A stretch of DNA of 64,000 nucleotides from Dehalococcoidia bacterium (GTDB lineage Bacteria > Chloroflexota > Dehalococcoidia > UBA2979), in assembly GCA_964291495.2 (NCBI GenBank), contig OZ219871.1, positions 832,001 to 896,000 on the forward strand, written 5' to 3'. The position numbers and the translations under genes are program-made. Every line of letters starts with the position of its first letter. Positions within the stretch are counted from its first letter, which is position 1. This document shows, one piece after another, positions 28,139-38,201 of this stretch. The notes beneath the pieces were generated by a model. It was not told where the DNA came from and did no database searches. It saw only the letters and a program-made list of their open reading frames with translations.

Positions 28139-28881
28139 GCCGGCTGTCCTTGCCACTCCGGGATCGCGAGCGGCCGGTCGAGGCCGAGCGACGCCACGAG
28201 GCGCGCGCGTGCGGCTTCGTACTCGCCGGCGCGCAGCAGCGATCGCAGGTCGTCGTCGATCGCGGCCTGCCATGTGTCGTTGCTGATGCGGTTCGGGCAG
28301 GCCTCGCAGAGTAGCGGGGGAGGCGGTCGCGTGCGGTCGCAGCTCGCGGCGCACTCGCGGTCACGCTCGCGGGCCTGCACGCGCACCTCGGCGAGCAGGT
28401 CGCCGAGCGCCGCCACCTCGTCGCTCAGGAACTCCTCGAGGCGCTCGCGCAGCCAGCGCGCCAGCGCGGGGCTCGCCCCGCCCGTCGAGGCGGCGAGGGC
28501 GATGCGCCCGCGCTTCGCGAGCGAGGGCAGGATGAAGTCGCAGTTCGCCGCGTCGTCGGCGGCGTTGACCCAGATGCCGAGCTCGCGCGCCTCGGCGGCG
28601 ATGCCAGCGTTCACGGCGCCGTCGTCGGTGGCGATCATCACCACCTCGAAGCCGCGCACGTCACCCGCCTCGTAGACGCGGGGGAGCCACGTCGCGCTGC
28701 CGCGATCGACGACCTCGCGCACGGGCGGGATCAGGTCGGGCGCGACGATGGTCACGTCCGCGCCGGCGTCGACGAGCTTGCCGAGCTTCTCGTCGGCGAC
28801 ACGGCCGCCGCCGACCAGCAGCACGCGCCGCCCTTCCATCTCCACGAAGATCGGGTAGTAGCCCACGCTAATCTTGCCCAT
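28135..28881 (-). CDS. Precorrin-2 dehydrogenase / sirohydrochlorin ferrochelatase (SirC/Met8p-like)
   Basis: YPIF, VGGGRVA..K, NAADD..CDF, STGGASP; start at 28881 or 28866. Confidence 0.88.
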   Translation of the reverse strand: MGKISVGYYPIFVEMEGRRVLLVGGGRVADEKLGKLVDAGADVTIVAPDLIPPVREVVDRGSATWLPRVYEAGDVRGFEVVMIATDDGAVNAGIAAEARELGIWVNAADDAANCDFILPSLAKRGRIALAASTGGASPALARWLRERLEEFLSDEVAALGDLLAEVRVQARERDRECAASCDRTRPPPPLLCEACPNRISNDTWQAAIDDDLRSLLRAGEYEAARARLVASLGLDRPLAIPEWQGQPA

Positions 28882-29506
28882 CGTCGTAGGCGGCGCTGAC
28901 ACCGAGCAGGACGCGGTCGGCGAGGCCGCCGATGCGTTCCCGGGCGTCGGCGGCCTCGCGCGCGTCCATGCGGTTGCGCTCCGCCATCTGCTTCGCGGTC
29001 TCGTCGAGCGAGCGGCGGAAGAACGTGAACGCCTCCATCGCCCGCAGCAGCGGCGTATCGCGCTCGACCAGCAGTTCGCCGTAGTGGCGGCCGATCTCGT
29101 CGACCTCGTGCTCGATCTCGGCGCGCGGGCGGCGCCCCGCGATGTACTCGCCAACCAGCTCGACGAGACGGCGTCCGAGGGGGCGCAGCGCCTCGCGCTC
29201 GGACTCCTCGATCTCCTGGTACCAGCCGGTCCCGCCACGCCCGGCGTGCAGCTTGCGGCGGATCTGCGAGACGGCGGCGCTGCGGAGGTCGCCCGCAGGG
29301 TTCTCGCGCGTCAGCGAGAGCAGGTCCTCCTCGGCGAAGCGGCGGTGGCCGCCGGGCGTGCGGAAGCAGCGGATCTGGCCAGAGTCCGCCCAGCGGCGCA
29401 CGGTCGACTGGTTGACGCCGAGGATCTCGCAGGCCCGGCCGAGGTTGACCCAGTTCGGCCCGGATCGCTGCCCGGAGCGCGCTGCTGCGTCCTGGTTCGA
29501 TACCAC
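28868..29506 (-). CDS. MerR/excisionase-type HTH regulator with an all-helical C-terminal domain
   Basis: LG.ACEILGV..STVRRWAD.G.I...RTPGGHRRF. Confidence 0.8.
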   Translation of the reverse strand: MVSNQDAAARSGQRSGPNWVNLGRACEILGVNQSTVRRWADSGQIRCFRTPGGHRRFAEEDLLSLTRENPAGDLRSAAVSQIRRKLHAGRGGTGWYQEIEESEREALRPLGRRLVELVGEYIAGRRPRAEIEHEVDEIGRHYGELLVERDTPLLRAMEAFTFFRRSLDETAKQMAERNRMDAREAADARERIGGLADRVLLGVSAAYDDGQD

Positions 29507-29653
29507 GCAAATCTACCTGTCTAAGGCGAAGACCTGAGAGGTTTTCGTTTCGGCGACCGTAGGGTAGCAACGATGCACGGTAGGTACGAACGCCCGCCCG
29601 CCACGTCGGAAGGTTTGCGCAGGTTCGGAGCGCCCTCGGCGGTCCCGCCCCGC

Positions 29654-30844
29654 CTACTCGCGATGGTCCTTACGCCCTCGCCGCAGCCCGCGACGCACCG
29701 CCTCGCCCCCGTAGCGGCCGCGGATCGTATCGATCGCGAGATCGACGCTGGCGGCGCGGAGCGACTCGTCGTCGTCGAAGCCGAGCTGGACGGCGTCCTC
29801 GACGAGGTTCGAGGCGCCGAGGCCGATCAGCCGGACGGGCCGCATCCGCTCGCGCGAGAGCAGCTCGTCGAGTAGCGCGACGCCGACGCTGGACAGCTCG
29901 TCCGTCAGCTGCACGGGCTGCGCGACCGTGCGGCTGCGCGTCAGTGTCGTGAAGTCCGACCAGCGCAGCTTGAGCGTGACCGTGCGTGCCCGGCGGCCCT
30001 GCCGCCGCAGGTCGGCGCCGACGCGCTCGGCGTGCGCGCGCAGCGTGCGGCGCAGCTCATCGAGGTCGCTGACGTCCTCCTCGAAGGTGACTTCGCGCGA
30101 GATCGAGCGCGCGCCGCGGCGGCCGTCGCCGACCGGGGCCGCGTCGACGCCGCGCGCGCGGTCGGCGAGCAGCAACCCGGCCTTGCCGAAGCGCCGCTCC
30201 AGCCAGCGCGGGTCGAGGGCGGCCGCGTCGCCGATCGTGCGCACGCCGAGCGCCGTGAGTTGCTCGCCGAAGCGCGGCCCGACGAGCGGCAGGTCGCGCA
30301 GCGGCAGCGGCGCGAGGAACTCCGCATCCCCGCCCGGGGGCACCTCGAGCAGCCCGTCCGGCTTGGCGCGGTCGCTGCCGACCTTCGCAGTGGTGCGCGA
30401 GCCGGCGATGCAGGCGGAAACGGGCAGGTCCAGCTCGTCGCGGGTGCGCTCGCGGACGCGCTCAGCGGCAGCCCGCGCGCCCGTGCCGCCCTCGCCGAGG
30501 CCGGTCAGGTCCGCGTACGCCTCGTCGATGCCGCCCGGTTCGACGATCGGTGCGCAGTCGCGAAGGATCTCGTGGAAGGCGCGCGAGCAGGCGCTGTAGC
30601 GCTCGAAGTCGGGCGGGACGACGATCGCCTCGGGGCAGAGTCGCAACGCCTGCGACATCGGCTGCGCCGAGTGGCAGCCGTACTCGCGCGACTCGTACGA
30701 GGCGCTGGCGACGACCCCGCGCCCACCCCGCCCGCCGACGAGCACCGGCTTGCCTCGCAGCGAGGGGTCGCGCGCCCGCTCGACGGACACGAAGAACGTA
30801 TCGAGGTCGAAGTGCGCGATGCGGCGCGGAAGCGAGCGCTCCAC
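29654..30844 (-). CDS. dinB: DNA polymerase IV
   Basis: HFDLDTFFVSVE, ASYESR, IDEAY, KP.G, RLIGL. Confidence 0.93.
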   Translation of the reverse strand: MERSLPRRIAHFDLDTFFVSVERARDPSLRGKPVLVGGRGGRGVVASASYESREYGCHSAQPMSQALRLCPEAIVVPPDFERYSACSRAFHEILRDCAPIVEPGGIDEAYADLTGLGEGGTGARAAAERVRERTRDELDLPVSACIAGSRTTAKVGSDRAKPDGLLEVPPGGDAEFLAPLPLRDLPLVGPRFGEQLTALGVRTIGDAAALDPRWLERRFGKAGLLLADRARGVDAAPVGDGRRGARSISREVTFEEDVSDLDELRRTLRAHAERVGADLRRQGRRARTVTLKLRWSDFTTLTRSRTVAQPVQLTDELSSVGVALLDELLSRERMRPVRLIGLGASNLVEDAVQLGFDDDESLRAASVDLAIDTIRGRYGGEAVRRGLRRGRKDHRE

Positions 30845-30916
30845 GGTTCACGTCCCTGTGTGGAGCGTAGCGCAGCGGCGGACCGAGGTGGGCATGCTCC
30901 CCCGAGGCCAATCCGC

Positions 30917-31056
30917 CCCCTCTCCCCGAGGGAGAGGGTGGGGGTGAGGGAGGCGCACGCCGGCGGTCCGAGGGGCAAGCTTCCGAGGGCGCGCCGAACC
31001 TCCCGAAACCCGATCCGGCACCCTCTCCCCTGGCGGGAGAGGGCGGGGGTGAGGGG
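30917..31056. repeat. Two BoxC-like palindromic repeats
   Basis: CCCTCTCCC..GGGAGAGGG.GGGGGTGAGGG at ~30918 and ~31021. Confidence 0.8.
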
Positions 31057-31202
31057 GAGCGGGCGCAGCCCGCCGCTTCGGCGCCCGCCGGGCAGCGAAT
31101 CAGCGGCGGCGCGGGTGCGGGCTCAAGGGGGTACGGGAGGAACTCGCGCGCGGGCGCTTTGGCGCGGGAGAGGTCAGGGCGCGGAGACTCGCGTGAGTGC
31201 GG

Positions 31203-31655
31203 CTAGAGGCCGCGCTTCGCGGGGACTGCTTCCTGCTCCATGGCATCGTCGGGGCCGTGGCCGTTGCCGCGCGGGGCCGCCTCGGTCTCCGTCTCGACCT
31301 CGACAACGTCGCCCTCGGCGGTGGCTTCGGCTTCGCTTGTGTCTTCGTCCTCGGCGTCGCCGCCGTTGGTCCAGGGCTCGCGCTCGTCCTTCTGGCCTCT
31401 GAGCTCCTCTTCGGTGAGGGAGGCGATCGCCTCCTCCTCGCTCTGGCCGTTGCGCAGCCGCCGCGCGATCGCGACGCCGGCGAGCACCACCAGCGAGGTG
31501 GAGACCGCCGCGCCGCCGGCGATGTACTTGTGGCGCTTCACCAGGTCCGGGAAGCGCTCGAGGCCGCGGTAGGCGAGCCGCACGGCATCCGTCGCCGTGC
31601 CCTGCAGGCGTTCGCCTCCGCTGGGATGCTTGAGTTCGTCGGGGAGCTTGCTCAT
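31203..31655 (-). CDS. Hypothetical protein with one TM helix and an acidic tail
   Basis: AGGAG RBS, hydrophobic segment. Confidence 0.6.
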   Translation of the reverse strand: MSKLPDELKHPSGGERLQGTATDAVRLAYRGLERFPDLVKRHKYIAGGAAVSTSLVVLAGVAIARRLRNGQSEEEAIASLTEEELRGQKDEREPWTNGGDAEDEDTSEAEATAEGDVVEVETETEAAPRGNGHGPDDAMEQEAVPAKRGL

Positions 31656-31697
31656 GTCCAGTCTCCTGTGCCTGGGGCGCCGCGTCGGCGGCGGGCC

Positions 31698-32162
31698 TCA
31701 GCCGATCTTCCGGAACAGGTTCGCCATCTCGAGCGCTGCGCGCATGGCCTCGTCGCCCTTGTTGCCCGCGGATCCGCCGGAGCGGGCCCGTGCCTGCGCC
31801 ATGGTGTCGCAGGTGAGCACGCCGAAGGCTACGGGCAGATTGAATTCCTGCGACACCATCGTAAGCCCTCGCGCCGCCTCGCTGCACACATAATCGAAGT
31901 GCGGCGTCTCGCCGCGCACGACCGCACCGAGGCAGACGATCGCGTCGTAGCCCCCCGCGCTCGCCAGCCTGCGCGCCGCCTGCGGCAACTCGAACGCGCC
32001 CGGCACGTGCACCACGTCGAGCGCGTCGTCGCCGACGCCGAGGTCGCGAGCAGTCGCGAGCGCCCCGCGCAGCAACGGCTCCGTCACGATCTCGTTGAAG
32101 CGCGAGACCACGACCGCGAGGCGCAGATCCGACCCGTCGAGACCGCCCTCGTAGCCGGCCAC
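31698..32162 (-). CDS. ribH: 6,7-dimethyl-8-ribityllumazine synthase
   Basis: VPGAFELP, GAVVRGET.HFDYV, FGVLT, NKG. Confidence 0.96.
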   Translation of the reverse strand: MAGYEGGLDGSDLRLAVVVSRFNEIVTEPLLRGALATARDLGVGDDALDVVHVPGAFELPQAARRLASAGGYDAIVCLGAVVRGETPHFDYVCSEAARGLTMVSQEFNLPVAFGVLTCDTMAQARARSGGSAGNKGDEAMRAALEMANLFRKIG

Positions 32163-32163
32163 G

Positions 32164-33435
32164 CTAGGCCAGGTCTTCCGATTCGAGCATGTGGCCCATC
32201 TTCTCGCGCTTCGTGCGCAGGTACGCCTCGTTGTGCGCGTTCGGCTCGACCTCGATCGGTACGCGCTCCACGATTTCGAGGCCGAAGCCCTCGAGGCCGG
32301 AGCGCTTCGTCGGGTTGTTCGTCATCAGCCGCAGCTTGCGCACGCCGAGATCGACGAGGATCTGCATGCCGATGCCGTACTCGCGCCGGTCGGCGGGCAG
32401 GCCGAGCGCCTCGTTCGCCTCGACGGTGTCGAGGCCGGTGTCCTGGAGGCGGTAGGCGCGGATCTTGTTGTGCAGGCCGATCCCGCGGCCCTCCTGATCC
32501 ATGTAGACGATCACCCCGCGGCCGGCCTCGGCGACGCGGCGGATCGCCTCCTCGAGCTGCTCGCCGCAGTCGCAGCGCAACGAGCCGAAGACGTCGCCGG
32601 TCACGCACTGGTCATGCACGCGCGCGAGGACGGGAGCCTCTGTGTCTACGTTGCCCATGACGAAGGCCTGGTGCTCCTTCGCGTCGATCAGCGTGCGGTA
32701 AGTGACGGCGCGGAACTCGCCGTAGGCCGTCGGCAGCGCCGACTCGGCGACGCGCTCGATCAGCGAGTCCATGCGCAGGCGGTAGGCGATCAGGTCGTTG
32801 ACGGTGACGATGCTCATGTCGTGCGCGCGCCCGAACTCGATCAGGTCCGGCATGCGCGCCATCGTGCCGTCCTCGCGCATGATTTCGCAGATCACGGCTG
32901 CCGGGTAACGGCCCGCCAGCTTCGCGAGGTCGACCGACGCCTCGGTTTGACCCGCCCGCACCAGCACGCCGCCCTCGCGCGCTCGTAGCGGGAACATGTG
33001 GCCCGGCTGCGTTAGATCCTCGGGACCCGACTCGGGGTCCACGAGCACCTCGACCGTGCGGGCGCGGTCGCCGGCGGAGATGCCCGTCGTCACGCCCTCG
33101 GCTGCCTCGACGCTGACGGTGAAGGCCGTGCTCAGCGGGGCGGTGTTGCGGGAGGTCATCAGCGGCAGCCCGAGCCTGTCGAGGCGCTCGCCGGTCATCG
33201 CGACGCAGATCAGGCCACGCGCATGCACGGCCATGAAGTTGATCAGGTCGGGCGTGACCACGTCGGCCGGGAAGCAGACGTCGCCCTCGTTCTCGCGGCC
33301 TTCGTCGTCGACGATGATCAGCGGCTTGCCCCGGCGGAACTCATCGATCGCGGCGCTGACCTCGATCACGAGGCTGGAGTCGATGGTGCTGGCGCGCGAG
33401 GGCTCGCCCTCGCGGGTCGCCCGTTGCTCGGACAT
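32164..33435 (-). CDS. ribBA: DHBP synthase / GTP cyclohydrolase II
   Basis: RENEGD, GQTEA, CVTGDVFGSLRCDCG, QEGRGIGL. Confidence 0.96.
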   Translation of the reverse strand: MSEQRATREGEPSRASTIDSSLVIEVSAAIDEFRRGKPLIIVDDEGRENEGDVCFPADVVTPDLINFMAVHARGLICVAMTGERLDRLGLPLMTSRNTAPLSTAFTVSVEAAEGVTTGISAGDRARTVEVLVDPESGPEDLTQPGHMFPLRAREGGVLVRAGQTEASVDLAKLAGRYPAAVICEIMREDGTMARMPDLIEFGRAHDMSIVTVNDLIAYRLRMDSLIERVAESALPTAYGEFRAVTYRTLIDAKEHQAFVMGNVDTEAPVLARVHDQCVTGDVFGSLRCDCGEQLEEAIRRVAEAGRGVIVYMDQEGRGIGLHNKIRAYRLQDTGLDTVEANEALGLPADRREYGIGMQILVDLGVRKLRLMTNNPTKRSGLEGFGLEIVERVPIEVEPNAHNEAYLRTKREKMGHMLESEDLA

Positions 33436-33466
33436 CAGGCCCCCGCATTTGCCTGCATCGCCCGGA

Positions 33467-34057
33467 TCAGGTCCCTTGCGAGCGCGCTTCCAGCAGCTGC
33501 TCGACGTACCGGGCCAGCAGGTCAGTCTCGAGGTTGATGCTATCACCGGGCTGGCGGCTCGTCAGGTTCGTGTGCTCCTGCGTGTACTGCACGAGCGAGA
33601 CGGAGAACGACTCCTCGTCGCGCGCCATCACCGTAAGCGAGGCGCCATCGAGGCAGACCGGCCCCTTCATCAGGATGTACGGCAGGTACTCCGCGGGCGG
33701 CCGGTAGCGGGCGATGATCGCCTCGCCGTCGGGCGTCAGGCTGTCCAGCGTGCAGGTCGTCTCCACCACGCCGCGCACGATGTGCCCGGAGAGCCGGTCC
33801 ACCGGCCGCACCGAGCGCTCGAGGTTCACGCGCGCCCCGGGCCCGGCCTCGCCGAGGTTGGAACGCCGGAATGTCTCCGGCATCACGTCGAATGTCAGCG
33901 AATCCTCGCCGATCGTCCGCACGGTGAGGTCGACGCCGTTGACGGCGATCGAGTCGCCGAGCGCGACATCCTCGAGGATCGTGCGACAGGCGATGACCAG
34001 CTCGCCGCCCTCGCGCGAGCGGACCTCCCCGACTTCCTCGACGATTCCGGTGAACAT
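33467..34057 (-). CDS. ribE: Riboflavin synthase
   Basis: MFTGIVEE, GDSIAVNGV.LTV, VNLE. Confidence 0.95.
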   Translation of the reverse strand: MFTGIVEEVGEVRSREGGELVIACRTILEDVALGDSIAVNGVDLTVRTIGEDSLTFDVMPETFRRSNLGEAGPGARVNLERSVRPVDRLSGHIVRGVVETTCTLDSLTPDGEAIIARYRPPAEYLPYILMKGPVCLDGASLTVMARDEESFSVSLVQYTQEHTNLTSRQPGDSINLETDLLARYVEQLLEARSQGT

Positions 34058-34089
34058 TGGCTGGGCCCCGTTCCGCCCGGAAAAGCGTA

Positions 34090-35196
34090 CTACCCGTCGG
34101 GCCAAGCGGGCAGGCCGCTGATCAGCGTGTCCTCGCCCAGCCGCGTGACGGTGACCTCGCGCAGCCGTGGGGCCTGCGCCATCCGCTCCACGCCGCGGCC
34201 GGCGACTGCGGCTGGCGCGGCGTCTGCGCCGATCACGAGCGGCGCAATCACCGCCTGCACGCGATCGACGAGGCGTGCGTCGAAGAGCGAGCCGAGCAGG
34301 ACGCCGCCGCCCTCGAACAGCACCGTGAGCGCGCCGCGATCGCCGAGCGCGCGGATCAGCGCGCCGAGGTCCACGTGGCCATCGGCCTCGGGCAGCACCA
34401 GCACCTCCGCGCCCCGGCCGGTCATGCGCGCGCGCCAGTCCTCGGGCGAGGCGGCGGTCGTCGCGATCAGCGTCGGCGAGTCGCCGGCGAGCACGCGCGC
34501 CGCCTCAGGCGTGCGCCCGCGCGAGTCGGCGACGACGCGCAGCGGCTGGTGTGCGCCCTCGGTGCTGCCGCCCGGCCGGGCGGTCAGCTCCGGATCGTCG
34601 ACGACGACCGTGCCGGAGCCGACGACGATCGCATCGAGGCCCTGGCGCTGCTCGTGCGCCCACTCAAGCGTCCGCGGACCGGAGACCCAGCGTGAGTCTC
34701 CCGATGAGGCGGCGATGCGCCCGTCGAGGGAGGCTGCGTACTTGACGATCACGAACGGGCGGCCCGTGCGCCGCTGGTGCAGGTAGCCCTCCAGCTGCGC
34801 GGCCACCTCGGCGGCGCCGTCGCCTTCATCGACGGCGATGCCGGCGGCCTCGAGGGCGCGCCGGCCTGCGCCGTTTACGTTCGGGTCCGGGTCGCCGATC
34901 GCGTAACGGACGGCAGCGACGCCGGCCTCGATCAGCGCCGAGGTGCAGGGCCCCGTGCGTCCCGTGTGCGCGCAGGGCTCGAGCGTGACGAAGACGGTGG
35001 CGCCGCGCGCCTGGTCGCCGGCCTCCCGCAGCGCGCCGACCTCGGCGTGGTCGCCGCCCGGCGGCTGCGTGCGGCCCGCGCCCACGACCTCGCCGTCGCG
35101 CACGACGACGGCGCCGACGGCAGGGTTGGGCGAACTCCAGCCGAGGGCGCGACGGCCCTCCGCGAGGGCGAGCTGCATCTGCTCCGAGATCGCCAC
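34090..35196 (-). CDS. ribD: Riboflavin deaminase/reductase
   Basis: PNP.VG, HAE, TLEPC...PC, SLDGRIA, EGGG. Confidence 0.96.
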   Translation of the reverse strand: MAISEQMQLALAEGRRALGWSSPNPAVGAVVVRDGEVVGAGRTQPPGGDHAEVGALREAGDQARGATVFVTLEPCAHTGRTGPCTSALIEAGVAAVRYAIGDPDPNVNGAGRRALEAAGIAVDEGDGAAEVAAQLEGYLHQRRTGRPFVIVKYAASLDGRIAASSGDSRWVSGPRTLEWAHEQRQGLDAIVVGSGTVVVDDPELTARPGGSTEGAHQPLRVVADSRGRTPEAARVLAGDSPTLIATTAASPEDWRARMTGRGAEVLVLPEADGHVDLGALIRALGDRGALTVLFEGGGVLLGSLFDARLVDRVQAVIAPLVIGADAAPAAVAGRGVERMAQAPRLREVTVTRLGEDTLISGLPAWPDG

Positions 35197-35255
35197 GGCG
35201 GCGCCTCGCCTTCGGGTCTGAGCGCTTGGGCGCAGATGGTACCGCGCCCGCGCCC

Positions 35256-36047
35256 CTACTCGATGGCGAAGACGATGTGCACCGTGACCGAGACCTGGCT
35301 CTCGCCGGGCGAGATCGGCGTCGAGGTGTCGGCGGCGAAGGCCGCCTCGGCCCTCAACACGCCCTGCCGCGCGAAGCCTCCGGACGACTCGGAGATCGAG
35401 ATCGCGCTGCCGAGCGTCACGCCCGCGAGGTCCGCGAGTTGCTGCGCCCTCTCGCGCGCGTCCTCGACGGCCAGCTTCCGCGCCTCGTCGGCGTACTGCT
35501 CCGGCTCGTCGACGCGGAAGGAGATGCCGCCGACGCGGATCGCGTCGCCGCCGGCCGTCACGGCGTCGTCGAGGATGTCCGAGAGCCGGTCGATGTCGCG
35601 GACCTTGACCTCGATCCAGTTGTTCACCGTGTAGCCGATGATCTCGGGCGGGCCTTCCTCGCTGCTGTAGTCGTACTGCGGGTAGATGTTGAAGGAGCGT
35701 GTCGTGATGTCCCGCTCCTCCACGCCGCTGGCGGTCACTGCGTCCCGCATCCGCTGCATCGCCTCCGCCGCGCCGGCGCGGGCGAGGGCCACCGTCTCCT
35801 CGGTCACCTCGACGCCGACGTCGAAGACGCCGATGTCGGGGGTGACGGTGACGCTGCCGGTCCCGTCGACCGAGATGCCGCCGTCCTCTTCGGACGCGAC
35901 CTGCTCGAGGACTGCCTCGACCGCCGCGGCGGCCGCGCTTCCGTCATCCGCCGGCGCCGGCTCGACCGTGACGTCGTAGCAGGCGGCCGACGCGAGGGTC
36001 AGCAATGCGAGGGCCGCGAGGCCCAGGATCGTGATCGTTCGTCTCAT
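35256..36047 (-). CDS. SIMPL (DUF541) lipoprotein
   Basis: Lipobox-like AAC; ISV.G.G.V.V.PD; A..RA..LA..AGV.LG. Confidence 0.85.
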   Translation of the reverse strand: MRRTITILGLAALALLTLASAACYDVTVEPAPADDGSAAAAAVEAVLEQVASEEDGGISVDGTGSVTVTPDIGVFDVGVEVTEETVALARAGAAEAMQRMRDAVTASGVEERDITTRSFNIYPQYDYSSEEGPPEIIGYTVNNWIEVKVRDIDRLSDILDDAVTAGGDAIRVGGISFRVDEPEQYADEARKLAVEDARERAQQLADLAGVTLGSAISISESSGGFARQGVLRAEAAFAADTSTPISPGESQVSVTVHIVFAIE

Positions 36048-36124
36048 GCTCGCTCCTCCTCGCTCAGACGGTCATCGCGGAACACATCCGGTAGTACGCC
36101 GGAGCGCGCCGCCCGGTTCCATCG

Positions 36125-37201
36125 TCATGCCCTGCCGCCTCGCCGCCTCCACAGCCCGAGCAGCAGCGTGAGCCCGACGAGGGCGAGCGCGACCACCAGC
36201 AGCCCCTGCTCGGCGCGCCGCAGCGCTCGCGCGGCGTCCCTGTCCTGAGCCTCGACCTGCGGCGGCTGTTCGACAATCGGTGGCGCCGAGGTGGCCACGG
36301 GGGCGGGGGTGGCCTCCGCGGGCGCGGCCGGAGCCGCCGCTTCGGCGCTGTCGGCATCGTCTGCCTGCTCGGCTGCCTCGGCAGCCGCGGGAGTGGCATC
36401 CGCCGCTTCTTCGGCGCTCGTCTCGGACGCCCCGGAGGCGGGCTCCGGCGTCGTGTCGGCTGCGGGCGCCTCGGCGGCTTCGTCCGACTCCACGCCGCGC
36501 GCTGCCGTGCGAGTCTCCCTCGTCACGGTCGGCAAGGCGGGGGCGTCGCGCGCCGGGGCGGCCGCCGTTGCCTCGGCGGTCGCCGCTGTGAGCGCCGCAA
36601 CGGTGGGTTGAGGCGTGGGGGTCGCCTCGGCGGCCTCCGCCGCAGCCGTCGGCTGCGTGGTTGGGGCGGCCGCGGCGGCCTGGGTCGCCGCGGGTGTTGC
36701 CGGGGCGGCGGTCACCTCCGCGCGCGCGGCCGCCGGCGCGGCCTGCGGCGCGTCGCTCGCTTGCTCGCTCGCTCCGCCGCCGAAGCTCGGGCGGGTGATC
36801 CCCCAGCCCTCGACGCCCTCGCCGCCGAGGCCCGCGACGTCGCTCGTGAACACGATCGCGAAGGCGACCGCGGCCGCGACGGCGCCCATGCGGAAGACCA
36901 GCTCCAGTCTGCCCGGCGCGCGGCGCGCGCCCGTGGGCGGCGCCTCGAGGATGAACGGGCGCGGGGCGCGCAGCTCGCCCAGCGATCCGAGCGCGTCGCG
37001 AACCGCCGCGAGCTCGCCGAGACGGACCTCGAGCGCCGGATCGGCGGCCAGGGCCTCCTCGACGACCGCGGCCTCGTGCTCGTCGAGCTCACCGTCAAGG
37101 TGGGCGGAGAGCTGCTCGTCCCAGACCGAGGACACGTCGAGGAGCTCGGGGTACTCCTCGTCCCCGGCATCGCCACGGCGTCGCCAACCCCAGAGGCGCA
37201 T
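36125..37201 (-). CDS. Anti-sigma factor-like membrane protein with an Ala/Pro/Thr-rich linker
   Basis: EQLSAHLDGEL N-terminus, two TM segments, directly downstream of the ECF sigma. Confidence 0.7.
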   Translation of the reverse strand: MRLWGWRRRGDAGDEEYPELLDVSSVWDEQLSAHLDGELDEHEAAVVEEALAADPALEVRLGELAAVRDALGSLGELRAPRPFILEAPPTGARRAPGRLELVFRMGAVAAAVAFAIVFTSDVAGLGGEGVEGWGITRPSFGGGASEQASDAPQAAPAAARAEVTAAPATPAATQAAAAAPTTQPTAAAEAAEATPTPQPTVAALTAATAEATAAAPARDAPALPTVTRETRTAARGVESDEAAEAPAADTTPEPASGASETSAEEAADATPAAAEAAEQADDADSAEAAAPAAPAEATPAPVATSAPPIVEQPPQVEAQDRDAARALRRAEQGLLVVALALVGLTLLLGLWRRRGGRA

Positions 37202-37212
37202 CACTCCACCTC

Positions 37213-37875
37213 TCATCTCTTCCGACGCTGCGCGAGCCCGGGAAGTTCCCCGGACTCGATCAGCAGCTGGCGCAAACGCGCCCGCGCGCGGCTCAGCCGC
37301 GACTTCACGGTGCCGAGCGGCGCGTCCACGGCATCGGCGACCTCCTCGTAGGACATGCCGTGCACGTCCGAGAGCAGCACCACCATCCGCCACTCCTCGG
37401 GCAGCTCGGCGAGCGCACGCTCCAGCACCCCTCGCAACTCCGTCTGCTCCGCCCGCTCCTGCGGTCCCAGGCCCGGCTCGACCGGATCGATCGAGGCCAT
37501 GTCCGGGTCGTCCCACGTCTCGTCGAGCGAGCGTTGCGGGCGGCGCTTGCGCCGTCGCAGCTCGTCGCGCGCCGCGTTGGCGACGATGCGCAGGAGCCAC
37601 GAGCGGAAGCGATCGCCCCGGAAGGTGTCGATGGCGCGCCAGGCGCGGACGAACGCCTCCTGCGTTACGTCCTCGGCCGCCTCGCGGGAGCGCAGGAAGC
37701 GCATGGCGAGCGAGTAGGCGGCGTTCTGGTGGCGGATCACCAGCGTGTTGAAGGCCGCGATCTCGCCGCCCTGCGCCCGCTGGACGAGGTCCGCAACGCC
37801 GTCGGCCGCATCGTGTCGTTGAGCCGCCAAGGGTCGGTTCGTGTTCGCTCCATCCCGCCTCGGCGAGCCTAGCAC
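37213..37875 (-). CDS. ECF RNA polymerase sigma factor
   Basis: AEDVTQEAF, FRSWL.RI..N, SYEEVA...GTVKSRL.RAR. Confidence 0.92.
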   Translation of the reverse strand: MLGSPRRDGANTNRPLAAQRHDAADGVADLVQRAQGGEIAAFNTLVIRHQNAAYSLAMRFLRSREAAEDVTQEAFVRAWRAIDTFRGDRFRSWLLRIVANAARDELRRRKRRPQRSLDETWDDPDMASIDPVEPGLGPQERAEQTELRGVLERALAELPEEWRMVVLLSDVHGMSYEEVADAVDAPLGTVKSRLSRARARLRQLLIESGELPGLAQRRKR

Positions 37876-37973
37876 GCGCCGATCACAGTGGCCCCGTTGC
37901 GCGGCGCTGTCAGGCCACGTTGCGCCGGTTGGTGGTGGCAGTCAGCGCGAGCGGGAGGGAAGCTGCCGCGCAA

Positions 37974-38201
37974 TCAGCTCGTGGTAGGCGCAGGTGCAGG
38001 GTCGGGAGACTCGGTGAGGAGTGCGCGCACGGCGGGGACCAGTTCGTTCGGAATCACCATCGCGGTGTGAGTTGTATCCTCGAACACCGCTTCGATCTCG
38101 GCCGCCAACTCGTCGTCGGTCCGCGACTCGTAGTGCTCGATGACGTCGCGGACGCGCGCCTCGTCCCAGCCGGGCGGCAACCCGTTCGCTTCGTCGCTCA
38201 T
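37974..38201 (-). CDS. Small protein, putative antitoxin
   Basis: Acidic 75 aa; stop/start overlap with the upstream toxin-like gene. Confidence 0.6.
   Translation of the reverse strand: MSDEANGLPPGWDEARVRDVIEHYESRTDDELAAEIEAVFEDTTHTAMVIPNELVPAVRALLTESPDPAPAPTTS

Noticed and set aside
30845-30916. LexA box upstream of dinB
   Set aside because: No GAAC-N4-GTTC match found
35197-35255. FMN riboswitch upstream of ribD
   Set aside because: The intergenic gap is about 60 bp and lacks the RFN consensus
36280-36780. Low-complexity repetitive DNA (also about 47380-47560)
   Set aside because: Explained by Ala/Pro/Thr-rich protein linkers
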